This document shows positions 6,387 through 14,894 of a stretch of DNA of 24,000 nt, one piece after another. The notes beneath the pieces are model-generated. The model worked only from the letters and a program-made list of their open reading frames with translations, did no database searches and was not told where the DNA came from. Source of the DNA: an uncultured Desulfobacterales bacterium (GTDB lineage Bacteria > Desulfobacterota > Desulfobacteria > Desulfobacterales > Desulfatirhabdiaceae); NCBI GenBank assembly GCA_964614125.1, contig CAZTKB010000004.1:9378-33377 (forward strand), written 5' to 3'. Every line of letters starts with the position of its first letter. Positions within the stretch are counted from its first letter, which is position 1. Position numbers and translations under genes: made by a program.

Positions 6387-8279
6387 ATGATTTTTCCCAT
6401 TGACCTGAGCCGATACCGTCCCCTGACTTTCGACCTGAATCAAACCGTCCTGTCTCCCGAAGAGCAAAACCAACTTGGTGAAAATATCCGCCTGGCAAGA
6501 GACAGCATCGTGTTTTTTACCGCGTTGGCCAACCGAAAAGGTTTGGGTGGCCACACCGGGGGCGCATACGATATCGTCCCCGAAATTCTGATCCTGGATG
6601 GATTCATGAAATCCCACTCCCGGGTATATCCGGTTTTTTTCGACGAAGCCGGACACCGGGTCGCCATCCAGTATCTGATGGCCGCGCTCAATGGTTTCAT
6701 TCCCGTATCCGATCTGTTGCACTACCGGGAGTTCGACAAGGATTTATACGGCCATCCGGAACGAAACGATGCCAAAGGCATTTTTTTCAGCTCGGGCCGT
6801 CTCGGCCACCTGTGGAGCTTTGTCAATGGTGTTGCGGAAGCCCATCCGGATCAAACCATCGTTCTTCTCGGAAGCGACGGATCCCAGCAGGAAGGCAGCG
6901 ACGCCGAAGCCGCCAGGTATGCGGTGGCCAGAAACCTTTCCGTGAAGCTACTCATCGATGACAACGACGTCACGATAGCGGGACATCCCAGCCATTACAT
7001 GAAGGGGTTCGATGTCAAAAAAACGCTGGCCGGTCACGGCCTGGCCGTAGATTCCGGCGATGGAGAGGATGTCGAAAGCCTGTTTACCCGGATTCAGACA
7101 GTTCTCCGGCAACCCGGTCCGGTCGCTCTGATCAACCGCCGGAAAATGGCGCCGGGCGTGGATGGCATCGAAGGCTCCCCCAAGGGACATGATGTCATCT
7201 CCGTTCCCCATGCCGTGTCCTATCTGCGCCGAATGGGTTGGGAAGACGCAGCCCGGATGCTGGAGACCCCGGCCCCAAAAACCCAAGGCCGAATTTTTTG
7301 GGGCAGCACCCCGGAGACCGCCAAAAACCGGGATGATTTCGGCAAATACCTGTGTGAGATTTTTCAGACTCTTCCAGACCTGCCCCAACGGATCCGGGTC
7401 ATCGACAGCGATCTGGAAGGGTCCTGCGGACTCCACCACATCCGGAAAGCCTTTCCCGAAATATACGTTCACGGCGGCATTATGGAGCGAAATAATTTTT
7501 CCGTCGCCGCCGGTTTTGGTTCTTCACCCGGAAAACAGGGTGTGTTCGGAACCTTTTCCGCTTTCCTGGAAATGGTCGTCTCGGAAATCACGATGGCCCG
7601 TTTGAATCAGGCGAATGTGTTGGCCCATTTTTCTCATGCCGGTGTGGACGACATGGCGGACAACACCTGCCATTTCGGTATCAACAATTATTTTGCGGAC
7701 AACGGTTTGGGGGACCACGATTCGACCCGGCTCTATTTTCCCGCGGATTCCCGTCAGATGAAGGCTGTACTGCAAACCGTGTTCCACGATCCCGGCCTTC
7801 GATTCATTTTTTCAACACGTTCGGCCACTCCCTACATTCTGTCCGAAAACGGTACCCCCTTTTTCGGAGACAATTACACGTACGTTCCCGGAAAGGACGA
7901 TCGTATCCGGGAGGGTTCCGACGCGGTTATCGTCAGTTACGGCGAAATGCTCTACCGGTGTCTGGATGCGGTGGGAAAACTGGCAAAAGCCGGCATTCGG
8001 ACGGCCCTGGTCAACAAGACCTGCCTGAATACCATCGATGAGGACATGCTGCGACAAATCGGAAACAGCCCTGCGGTGCTGGTGGTCGAAACCCAGAACA
8101 TCAAAACAGGCCTGGGATCCCGGATGGGTACATGGCTGCTGGAAAGAGGATTTAATCCGGCGTATGCCGTCATGGGAACCTATCGGGAAGGCAGGGGGGG
8201 GCTTTCGGAGCAAATCCCCTATCAGGGCCTGGATTCCACCGATATCGAGCAACGGATTCGAAGCCTGGTTACCCGATAA
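6387..8279 (+). CDS. Transketolase-family thiamine-diphosphate enzyme, 630 aa (single polypeptide with N, Pyr and C domains)
   Basis: AAGGA lies 9 nt upstream. It has GLGGHTGGAYD (the TK GH.G motif), DEAGHRVAIQYLMAALNG, LYGHPE, and the ThDP-binding motif GSDGSQQEGSDAEAARYAVARNLSVKLLIDDNDVTIAGH (GDG...N). The C-terminal half is transketolase-like. Confidence 0.8.
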   Translation: MIFPIDLSRYRPLTFDLNQTVLSPEEQNQLGENIRLARDSIVFFTALANRKGLGGHTGGAYDIVPEILILDGFMKSHSRVYPVFFDEAGHRVAIQYLMAALNGFIPVSDLLHYREFDKDLYGHPERNDAKGIFFSSGRLGHLWSFVNGVAEAHPDQTIVLLGSDGSQQEGSDAEAARYAVARNLSVKLLIDDNDVTIAGHPSHYMKGFDVKKTLAGHGLAVDSGDGEDVESLFTRIQTVLRQPGPVALINRRKMAPGVDGIEGSPKGHDVISVPHAVSYLRRMGWEDAARMLETPAPKTQGRIFWGSTPETAKNRDDFGKYLCEIFQTLPDLPQRIRVIDSDLEGSCGLHHIRKAFPEIYVHGGIMERNNFSVAAGFGSSPGKQGVFGTFSAFLEMVVSEITMARLNQANVLAHFSHAGVDDMADNTCHFGINNYFADNGLGDHDSTRLYFPADSRQMKAVLQTVFHDPGLRFIFSTRSATPYILSENGTPFFGDNYTYVPGKDDRIREGSDAVIVSYGEMLYRCLDAVGKLAKAGIRTALVNKTCLNTIDEDMLRQIGNSPAVLVVETQNIKTGLGSRMGTWLLERGFNPAYAVMGTYREGRGGLSEQIPYQGLDSTDIEQRIRSLVTR

Positions 8280-8292
8280 CCGGGAGGCCTAT

Positions 8293-8326
8293 GTGCGTGC
8301 GAAACTCCGGTAATATCCGCACGCAC
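8293..8326. terminator. Hairpin between the convergent transketolase-like and FAD/Fe-S oxidoreductase genes
   Basis: GTGCGTGCG - 16 nt - CGCACGCAC forms a perfect 9-bp stem. It is the only obvious structure in the 71-bp gap. The loop is large and there is no U-tract, so the terminator function is tentative. Confidence 0.35.
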
Positions 8327-8350
8327 CCCTGGGCCGGAATCCGCCATTGT

Positions 8351-11188
8351 TTATTTCCCGGAAAACAACCCGTCCATCACCTGCATCGGATGGTCTACCG
8401 GCAGACCGGTCACCTGCTCCAACTGGAGGGTGCAGGTCGGACAATCTGTCACGATTCGAGAGGCACCCGAGGCACGGACCCGTTCGGCCAGGTCCGAGCC
8501 GATCCGAAAGCTCAATTCCACGTGGTCGGTCATGGCCCCCCATGTCCCCGCCATTCCACAGCAATGACTGTTCAATTTCAGCAAATCCATCCCGGCAATA
8601 TCGGATAACATCCGAACCGAAGCATCGGGATCGCTTTGAATTTTAAGATGGCAGGGGGCATGGTAGGCGGAGCGGGCAAACCCCGACCGGGAACATTTAG
8701 GCAAAATTTCACCATTCAATCGCCCGGCATACCGATGGACAAGCTGGCTGACAGAAAGGGTTTTTAAACGGATCGCGGGAATCAGCGGGTCCAGCAGAGC
8801 GTCGGCCCATTCCCGCGTCAGGGAAAGCCCGCAGGAAGAACAGGTGGACACGATGAAATCGACCCCGGAAACCAGCTGGCCCCATATGTCCAGATTGCGC
8901 CGGATTTTTTTTCGGGCGTCATCGATCATGCCTTTGGACAGCATGGGAAGGCCGCAGCAAACCGTATCCGGTGTATAAACGGCAAATCCCATCCGGGAAA
9001 GGACGCGGATACAGGATTCCCCGATTTCCGGACGGACAGTACCGGCAAAACAACCCGGAAAGAAAAGTATGGACCCTTGCCCCCCTTTCCCTTCCACAGC
9101 CTTGATCCGTTTGGATAAGGGGCGGGATACGAAAGTAACCGGTCTTCTCAGACAAGATATCCCCAACAATAGATCCTGGGCTCGGCGAACCAGGGGGGCC
9201 GAGAGGATTGCATCAGCCGCTTTCGGAAAATACCGGGCAGCCCTTGCCGCCTCCTCCACCCGGGTGATGACCCGGTCCGGCAGCGGGGCCCCGAATCGCC
9301 GGACATAAGCGGCCCTGGTTTCCAACACCAGTTTCGGAATATTGACTTCCGATGGGCACTCCTTGCTGCAACTGCCACACTGGATGCATCGTTTCATCAC
9401 GCTCTGAAAGATACTTCCATACGCCTCCCGGCTGTCCCATACCCCGCTCACCAATGCACGAAGCAAGTTGGCCTTGGCTTTCGGGGTCGATTCCTCCTCC
9501 CGGGTGAATTTGTACACCGGGCACATCCGGGTCGCCTCGGTAACCGTTGTGCATTTGGAGCAGCCGTGGCACTTTTCGATCTCCTCAACATACCCGTCAT
9601 CCCACCTCAATACATGCTGTCCGGGATCCCGGGATCGATATTCGGTCCCGTATCGAAGGAACCGGGTCATCTGCGCGGGGTCGTGGCGGGTGATGATGTC
9701 GGGATTCAGAATTCCGTTTGGATCGAGCAGTGCCTTGACCCTGCCGAACAGCGGGTACAATGTGGGATATTGTCTTTTCAAATAGGCGCTCCGAAGCCGT
9801 CCGTCCCCGTGCTCCCCGGATACGGTTCCGTTCAGGGAATGAACCAGATCGCAGACACCGTCAGCCAGGATTTTCATTTCCGCGACATCCGACGGGTCTT
9901 TCAGATCCAAGAGCGGTCGGGTATGCAGCAATCCCTTGGCAATGTGGCCATAGATCACAAACGGTATTTTCCGCCGATCCATCAGCTCAACCAATCCCTC
10001 GAAGTAGGGAAGCAGCCGGTCGGTAGGGACCGCCGCGTCTTCGATGAGCGCGAGGATTTTTCGCCGACCCTTCAATCGGTAGAGAATAGGGACCGCCGCT
10101 TTTCGAACCGCCCACAACCGATCTTTCTGTGCTGCGGTCACCGCAACAAAGGATCGGGAAGCCAAATCATCCCGACGGATGATTTCCCGTGCTCTTTCAG
10201 CCAAATCCTGTACCTGCTTCAAGGATTGGCCGTCATATTCGATCAGCAGCACGGCGGCAATATCCCCGGGAATTTCCTGCCGCAACTCCGGGCTGTGTTC
10301 CCGAGCCAGGCGCAGCAGGGATTGATCCATAATCTCGATTCCCGCCGGGTTCATGGGAAGCAGTTCCTGAACCGCCCGGCCGGCGCGGATCAGATCCTCG
10401 AAGAAAGCCACGACCAGGGAATCATGTGCCGGCCGCTGGATCAGCCGGAAACAAAGCTGTGTGACAACACCCAAAGTCCCTTCGCTTCCGGCCAGCAATC
10501 TTCGGATATCCAAACGATCACCCGTGACCAGCCCGCGCAGGTTATAGCCGGCCGTGTTGCAAAGAATGTTCGGATAGGCTGTTTCGATGTTCTGCCGATG
10601 ATCCCGATACAATCCGGCCAGTTTGCGGAATGAATCCGGCAGTTCACTAATGGGCGTCTCCAGACTGCGGCTTAGCTGAGAAACGGTTCCATCACTCCAG
10701 ACCACTTCCGCATCCAAAACATAATCGGCGACGTTGCCGTATTTGACCGAATGAGCACCGCTGGCATTGGTTCCAAACATTCCGCCGAATGTCGCATATT
10801 CGCCACTCGACGGATCCGGGGGGAAAAACAGCCCAGTCCCGTCGAGCTTCTTCTCCAGTTCGCCCAGCCGATACCCCGGCTCGCAGACAAAATACCCACC
10901 GGGTACATCCAGATCGATCAACCGGTTCATGAACCGGGAGAAATCGATGACGATTCCGCGGCCCAGCGCCGAGCCACACAACCCGCTTCCCGCCCCCCGG
11001 GGGTGGACGGTCAATCCGTTTTGAGCCGCAAACCGGACAACCCGGACCACATCCCCATTGTCAGCCGGATACACCACGGCCGCCGGCTCCACCTGAAAGA
11101 TGCTTCCATCCGTGGAAAGCAATCGACGGGTGATTTTATCGACAGCAACGATTCCATGAATCTTTCTTTGAAGTGAATCGAAGTTCAC
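8351..11188 (-). CDS. Fused FAD-linked 2-hydroxyacid (GlcD/D-lactate dehydrogenase-type) oxidase plus an HdrD/GlcF-like Fe-S module (2x[4Fe-4S] + 2xCCG), about 945 aa; YdiJ-like architecture
   Basis: FAD_binding_4 region (AAVVYPADNGDVVRVVRFAAQNGLTVHPRGAGSGLCG). Ferredoxin motifs CHGCSKCTTVTEATRMCP and CIQCGSCSKECP. Two CCG-type Cys-rich repeats (FFPGCFAG...VCCGLPM; YHAPCH...HCCGMAGTWG...DCPTCTLQ). The ORF track starts at 11305; I prefer GTG 11188..11186, which lies 7 nt after the pqiC stop, is preceded by GGGGAG, and gives MNFDSLQRKIHGIVAV..., a typical N-terminus. ATG 11278 and ATG 11305 would overlap pqiC by 83-110 nt. Confidence 0.85.
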   Translation of the reverse strand: MNFDSLQRKIHGIVAVDKITRRLLSTDGSIFQVEPAAVVYPADNGDVVRVVRFAAQNGLTVHPRGAGSGLCGSALGRGIVIDFSRFMNRLIDLDVPGGYFVCEPGYRLGELEKKLDGTGLFFPPDPSSGEYATFGGMFGTNASGAHSVKYGNVADYVLDAEVVWSDGTVSQLSRSLETPISELPDSFRKLAGLYRDHRQNIETAYPNILCNTAGYNLRGLVTGDRLDIRRLLAGSEGTLGVVTQLCFRLIQRPAHDSLVVAFFEDLIRAGRAVQELLPMNPAGIEIMDQSLLRLAREHSPELRQEIPGDIAAVLLIEYDGQSLKQVQDLAERAREIIRRDDLASRSFVAVTAAQKDRLWAVRKAAVPILYRLKGRRKILALIEDAAVPTDRLLPYFEGLVELMDRRKIPFVIYGHIAKGLLHTRPLLDLKDPSDVAEMKILADGVCDLVHSLNGTVSGEHGDGRLRSAYLKRQYPTLYPLFGRVKALLDPNGILNPDIITRHDPAQMTRFLRYGTEYRSRDPGQHVLRWDDGYVEEIEKCHGCSKCTTVTEATRMCPVYKFTREEESTPKAKANLLRALVSGVWDSREAYGSIFQSVMKRCIQCGSCSKECPSEVNIPKLVLETRAAYVRRFGAPLPDRVITRVEEAARAARYFPKAADAILSAPLVRRAQDLLLGISCLRRPVTFVSRPLSKRIKAVEGKGGQGSILFFPGCFAGTVRPEIGESCIRVLSRMGFAVYTPDTVCCGLPMLSKGMIDDARKKIRRNLDIWGQLVSGVDFIVSTCSSCGLSLTREWADALLDPLIPAIRLKTLSVSQLVHRYAGRLNGEILPKCSRSGFARSAYHAPCHLKIQSDPDASVRMLSDIAGMDLLKLNSHCCGMAGTWGAMTDHVELSFRIGSDLAERVRASGASRIVTDCPTCTLQLEQVTGLPVDHPMQVMDGLFSGK

Positions 11189-11195
11189 GCTCCCC

Positions 11196-11795
11196 CTATC
11201 CAGCTGCCGGAACGGCTTCGGCGATGACCCGGCACAAAGCGAAAATCGCCCGGTTGTGAGCGTCCACCAACCGTTCATATCCCGGACCGTCCACCGGTTC
11301 GGCAATCGTCACCGGATGAGATATCGTCCCCCGGGTTCCTTTCAGATCTTTCAGGCTCCATACGGCATGCAACCGAAGTGATTCATCCGTTCCCTCCAGG
11401 CGGAGAATGCTGACCATCACCCGGTAATCCGCCTTCACCGGCTGATCATCTGAAAGGGCCATTCCCCCTTTTGGGGCAAGAAGTCCCACCAGATTTTCCA
11501 CCATCACCCTTCGGATATCCTGGGAAAGATTCCCGGCCCACTGATGAAATTCGGAAAAATGGACGCGGTTGTCGGGTTGGAGAGACGCAATCTGAGGCCG
11601 CCGGAGCATATCCGGAACGGTGACCGGTCCCAGGGTCACGAGAAATCGCGCTGCAGATCGGGGCGATTCCCCGAGACTTTCCAAAGCTTGCAGGGAATAA
11701 AACTGCACCGGTTGGCTCCGGGGCAGGCAGCCGACACACAACCCGCAGGCGAGAAACCATATCAGCATTCTGGGCAACCGGGACGTCGATGTCAT
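11196..11795 (-). CDS. pqiC: PqiC/YmbA-like lipoprotein (ABC-type transport auxiliary component, DUF330), 199 aa
   Basis: Lipoprotein-type signal peptide (MTSTSRLPRMLIWFLACGLCVGC), the characteristic QFYSL shortly after it, and a matching size and position directly after pqiB. ATGA start/stop overlap with pqiB (11792-11795). Confidence 0.75.
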   Translation of the reverse strand: MTSTSRLPRMLIWFLACGLCVGCLPRSQPVQFYSLQALESLGESPRSAARFLVTLGPVTVPDMLRRPQIASLQPDNRVHFSEFHQWAGNLSQDIRRVMVENLVGLLAPKGGMALSDDQPVKADYRVMVSILRLEGTDESLRLHAVWSLKDLKGTRGTISHPVTIAEPVDGPGYERLVDAHNRAIFALCRVIAEAVPAAG

Positions 11796-13462
11796 TTTTC
11801 TTTTCCTTTCCCCTGGAGTATCGATTCCGGATGCCTTTCCAGATAATCCAGAAGACTCCGTAAAGACTGGGCGGCCGCGGAAACTTCCCGAAGGCCTTCC
11901 TGTAACTGGAGTTGCAGGGGGGAATCCGAATCCAGAAGAGATCCGGACGCCGCCAGGGACGTGCGTGCCTGCCGAAGAGCCGCTTGGGCTTCCGGAAGTG
12001 TCTGAAGCCGAAGGTCTGCGGCCAGTTTCTGGATTTCCCCGAGACTTTCTCTCAGCGATCGAAGAGAAGCAGCTACCTCCGGGGAACGAACGATTTCTTT
12101 GGCTCCCTGAATGGTGTCCCGAATGTCCCCGGAAATCTGATCGATCGGAATTTTCTCGATTTTGGCAATCAGGTGCCCGATCTTGGAGCCGATTTCCTCA
12201 ATCGGAGTCGGCATGGTGGGAATAACCGGAAAGGTATCTCCATAGAGAACTCGGGCGGGAGGCGCATCCGGGAAAAAATCCAATGATATGTACTGTTGGC
12301 CGGTGACCAGATTCCCGGATTTCAGTTGGGCTCGAAATCCTTTAGCCACCAGGAAGTCGATCACCCGCTCTTTCTCATTGTACCGGGTTCCTTTTTTCAG
12401 ATAGATCCGACCCGGTTCGATAACAATGACCACGGGGATTTCAAAGGTTTTTTGGTCGGCGTCATATTCCATTCTCAGATCGACAACCTCCCCGATGGGA
12501 ATGCCCCGGAATTCCACCGGTGCCCCCGGGGACAATCCACGAACCGATCCGCTGAAATACAACATATAACGGGTTTTATCGATATAGCTTTTTTTCAGGG
12601 CCGCTTCCCGGCTGGGATGCAAGTCAAAAACTGAATTTTCCTCGGCAGTGTCCTGCAAGGGTTCGAAAGTATCCAGTACATCGAAGGTGATACCTCCGAC
12701 CATCAGGGACATCAACGACTCCGTCTGGATGCCAATCCCTTGGGCGTCCAGACGAACATTCAGCCCGCTGGCGTTCCAAAACCGGCTGTTGCGGTGAACA
12801 TATTGATCGAAAGGGGAATTGATAAAAATCCGAAATGTTATATGAGATCCGTCATCAGCCAGATGGTAGGCGATCACTTTTCCGACCATGATCTGACGGT
12901 AATATACCGGTGAGCCGATTTCGATCGAGCCTTTTCGGTCCGCATTCAGGACAAAGACCCGGCCCGGATCCACGGTGGTCACGATGGGGGGTTCCTCCAG
13001 ACCGTTAAATTCCCGGGATGTTTTCCCCGGTTTTCCGGGATCCAAATCGATGTAAGCTCCGGAAAACAGCGTGCTTAAGCCAGATACGCCAAAGGCCGCC
13101 ACCCGGGGACGAACCACCCAGAACCGGGTGTTCTCCGTCAAATAGGATTCCGCCCCCTTGACAAATTGCGCCTGGACCATCACCCACATCAGATCCGGGC
13201 TGAGGGAAAGCCGGGTGACCAGTCCCACTTCCACATCCTTGTATCGAATCCGGGTTTTTCCTGCCTCGATACCTTCTGCGGTCTTGAAACGGATGGTCAC
13301 CTCGGGTCCTTTTTCCGACAGCGCCTTGTAGATCAGCCACCCACCGATCAAGGCAGCAATCAGCGGTACGATCCAGATCAGAGATAAGTTCTTTTTCCCA
13401 GGTTTCAATACCGGGTCCGGAAAGAAATCCTCATCCGTTTCGGAAGAAATCGTGTCGTTCAT
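11792..13462 (-). CDS. pqiB: PqiB-like multi-MCE-domain protein (paraquat-inducible protein B family), 556 aa
   Basis: N-terminal TM anchor (LSLIWIVPLIAALIGGWLIYKAL) followed by repeated MCE/MlaD-type beta-barrel segments (EVTIRFKTAEGIEAGKTRIRYKDVEVG...; GSIEIGSPVYYRQIMVGKV...; GLSPGAPVEFRGIPIGEV...) and a long helical C-terminus. The size matches E. coli PqiB. ATGA overlap with the upstream pqiA half. Confidence 0.9.
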   Translation of the reverse strand: MNDTISSETDEDFFPDPVLKPGKKNLSLIWIVPLIAALIGGWLIYKALSEKGPEVTIRFKTAEGIEAGKTRIRYKDVEVGLVTRLSLSPDLMWVMVQAQFVKGAESYLTENTRFWVVRPRVAAFGVSGLSTLFSGAYIDLDPGKPGKTSREFNGLEEPPIVTTVDPGRVFVLNADRKGSIEIGSPVYYRQIMVGKVIAYHLADDGSHITFRIFINSPFDQYVHRNSRFWNASGLNVRLDAQGIGIQTESLMSLMVGGITFDVLDTFEPLQDTAEENSVFDLHPSREAALKKSYIDKTRYMLYFSGSVRGLSPGAPVEFRGIPIGEVVDLRMEYDADQKTFEIPVVIVIEPGRIYLKKGTRYNEKERVIDFLVAKGFRAQLKSGNLVTGQQYISLDFFPDAPPARVLYGDTFPVIPTMPTPIEEIGSKIGHLIAKIEKIPIDQISGDIRDTIQGAKEIVRSPEVAASLRSLRESLGEIQKLAADLRLQTLPEAQAALRQARTSLAASGSLLDSDSPLQLQLQEGLREVSAAAQSLRSLLDYLERHPESILQGKGKEK

Positions 13463-14097
13463 GTTTGGTTTTCCTTTTCATCCCAGATCAGGCGGGGGTC
13501 GAAACTCGCGGCCGCGAACATGGTAATCACCACGACGGCAGCAAAGAAAAGTGCCCCGTTTTTGGCCTCGATGTTCGCCATGGCCCCCATATGAACCAGG
13601 GCAACCAGGATGGTGACCACGAAAATGTCCACCATGGACCATCGCCCGATCGCCTCCGTGATCCGATACAACCGGGTGCGGTCTTTTTTTCGCCAGCCGG
13701 ATCCTCGCTGGACGGAAACCACCAGAAATGTCAGTATCACCAGTTTCGCCAAGGGTACGAATATGCTGGCCACAAAAATGATCAGGCCGATCGGCCACAT
13801 ACCAGTCTGAAAAAAATAGATCACCCCACTCATGATGGTATCCTCCTGCACCACCCCCATGGAGGTGACCCGGGTGATCGGAATCAGGTTTGCGGGGATA
13901 TAAAATAAAATTGCTGCCACAATCAAAGACCAGGTTCTGGAAACGCTGTTAGGCTTCCGGCCGTGGAGACCGGCTCCGCATCGTGGACAGGCACCGATCA
14001 ATCCGGTCTCTCTCGTAGGGTTGGAGATCAGAAGATGGCATACCGTGCAACTGACCAGGGAGGATCCGCGCGCGGTCTTTTGCAAGCTCCGGGTCAT
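13459..14097 (-). CDS. pqiA: PqiA-family integral membrane protein, second half-size paralogue, 212 aa
   Basis: I place the start at ATG 14097..14095 (MTRSLQKTARGSSLVSCTVCHLL...), which forms an ATGA overlap with the upstream stop; the ORF-track start 14295 would overlap the upstream gene by 200 nt. It has a Zn-ribbon-like C..C...CPRCG, then the YIPANLIPI motif and 4 TM helices typical of PqiA repeats. Confidence 0.85.
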   Translation of the reverse strand: MTRSLQKTARGSSLVSCTVCHLLISNPTRETGLIGACPRCGAGLHGRKPNSVSRTWSLIVAAILFYIPANLIPITRVTSMGVVQEDTIMSGVIYFFQTGMWPIGLIIFVASIFVPLAKLVILTFLVVSVQRGSGWRKKDRTRLYRITEAIGRWSMVDIFVVTILVALVHMGAMANIEAKNGALFFAAVVVITMFAAASFDPRLIWDEKENQT

Positions 14098-14681
14098 GGC
14101 TCTTCCCATGTTTTCCAAACTTCGTGGGGATCCAGCGAGGCCAGGCATGCGGCCATGACAAAAATCAGCCCCATGAAACAGAACACCGCGGTGTCCGGTA
14201 TGATTTCCGCCATCTTCCCCAGTTTGACAATGGAAATGAGAACACCCACCATAAAAACTTCCATCATGCTCCAGGGTTGGATGTTCCTGAGCCAACGGAA
14301 GACATGATACATTCCCGGGGCTTTCCGGTGAAATCTCAACGGGAGAAGTACATAGATCAGTGAGGTCAGCTGAACCAGGGGGGCCAGGATGGTGGTAAAA
14401 AAAACGAGGGCTGCCAGGCCTCGCATCCCCTCTTCGTAGAACTGCTGGATACCGGTGATCAGAAGAGTGTGCCGCATCTGCCCCTGAACCCGAAACCCCA
14501 GAAATGGGAAGGAGTTGGCCATGATCAACAGTATCAGTCCGGCCAAAGCCAGCGCCAGAGTCCGCTCCAGGCTGTTTGTCCGAGGTTTGACCAGCAATGC
14601 TCCACAGCGAAGGCAGACTGCCGTGGTCTTTTCCGGAATCGCCGGTATGCGGTGGATGAGATCACAGTCGTGACAGGCCAT
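14094..14681 (-). CDS. pqiA: PqiA-family integral membrane protein, first half-size paralogue, about 195 aa
   Basis: CMACHDCDLIHRIP...CLRCGALL Zn-ribbon-like motif followed by TM helices. I prefer ATG 14681..14679, which has GGAGGG 9 nt upstream. The ORF-track start ATG 14765 has no SD but cannot be excluded. Confidence 0.8.
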   Translation of the reverse strand: MACHDCDLIHRIPAIPEKTTAVCLRCGALLVKPRTNSLERTLALALAGLILLIMANSFPFLGFRVQGQMRHTLLITGIQQFYEEGMRGLAALVFFTTILAPLVQLTSLIYVLLPLRFHRKAPGMYHVFRWLRNIQPWSMMEVFMVGVLISIVKLGKMAEIIPDTAVFCFMGLIFVMAACLASLDPHEVWKTWEEP

Positions 14682-14775
14682 ACAGGATTCCCTCCTGCAG
14701 GCCTTCCGAAGGGTTCGTGTGTCTGAAATCCGCTTTATTTCAGCTTCTCGTATCGTTGGATGCATCCGTTATCTC

Positions 14776-14804
14776 TTGACGAGGTTGCGGGCTTTTTTTA
14801 TAGT
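14776..14804 (+). promoter_or_regulatory. Consensus-like sigma70 promoter for the CBS-pair gene
   Basis: TTGACG (14776-14781), a 17-nt spacer, TATAGT (14799-14804), about 90 nt upstream of ATG 14895. Confidence 0.5.
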
Positions 14805-14894
14805 CTTTCCGGATCCCCTCGCCGGGAACCCAAGGCTGATTGCCGCCGGACATCCGGCCCGTTCGCCAACCGACATGGTACAGGCAGGTTAACC

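Noticed and set aside
9566-10633. Long ORFs antisense to real genes: 9566..10633 (+, 355 aa), 15743..16666 (+, 307 aa), 19226..20146 (-, 306 aa), 2981..3829 (+, 282 aa), 1923..2669 (-, 248 aa), 20143..20886 (-, 247 aa) and 16768..17487 (+, 239 aa).
   Set aside because: All lie opposite genes with strong family motifs. They have Arg/Gly/Pro/His-rich composition typical of GC-rich antisense frames and no SD or domain signatures. I treat them as shadow ORFs, not overprinted genes.
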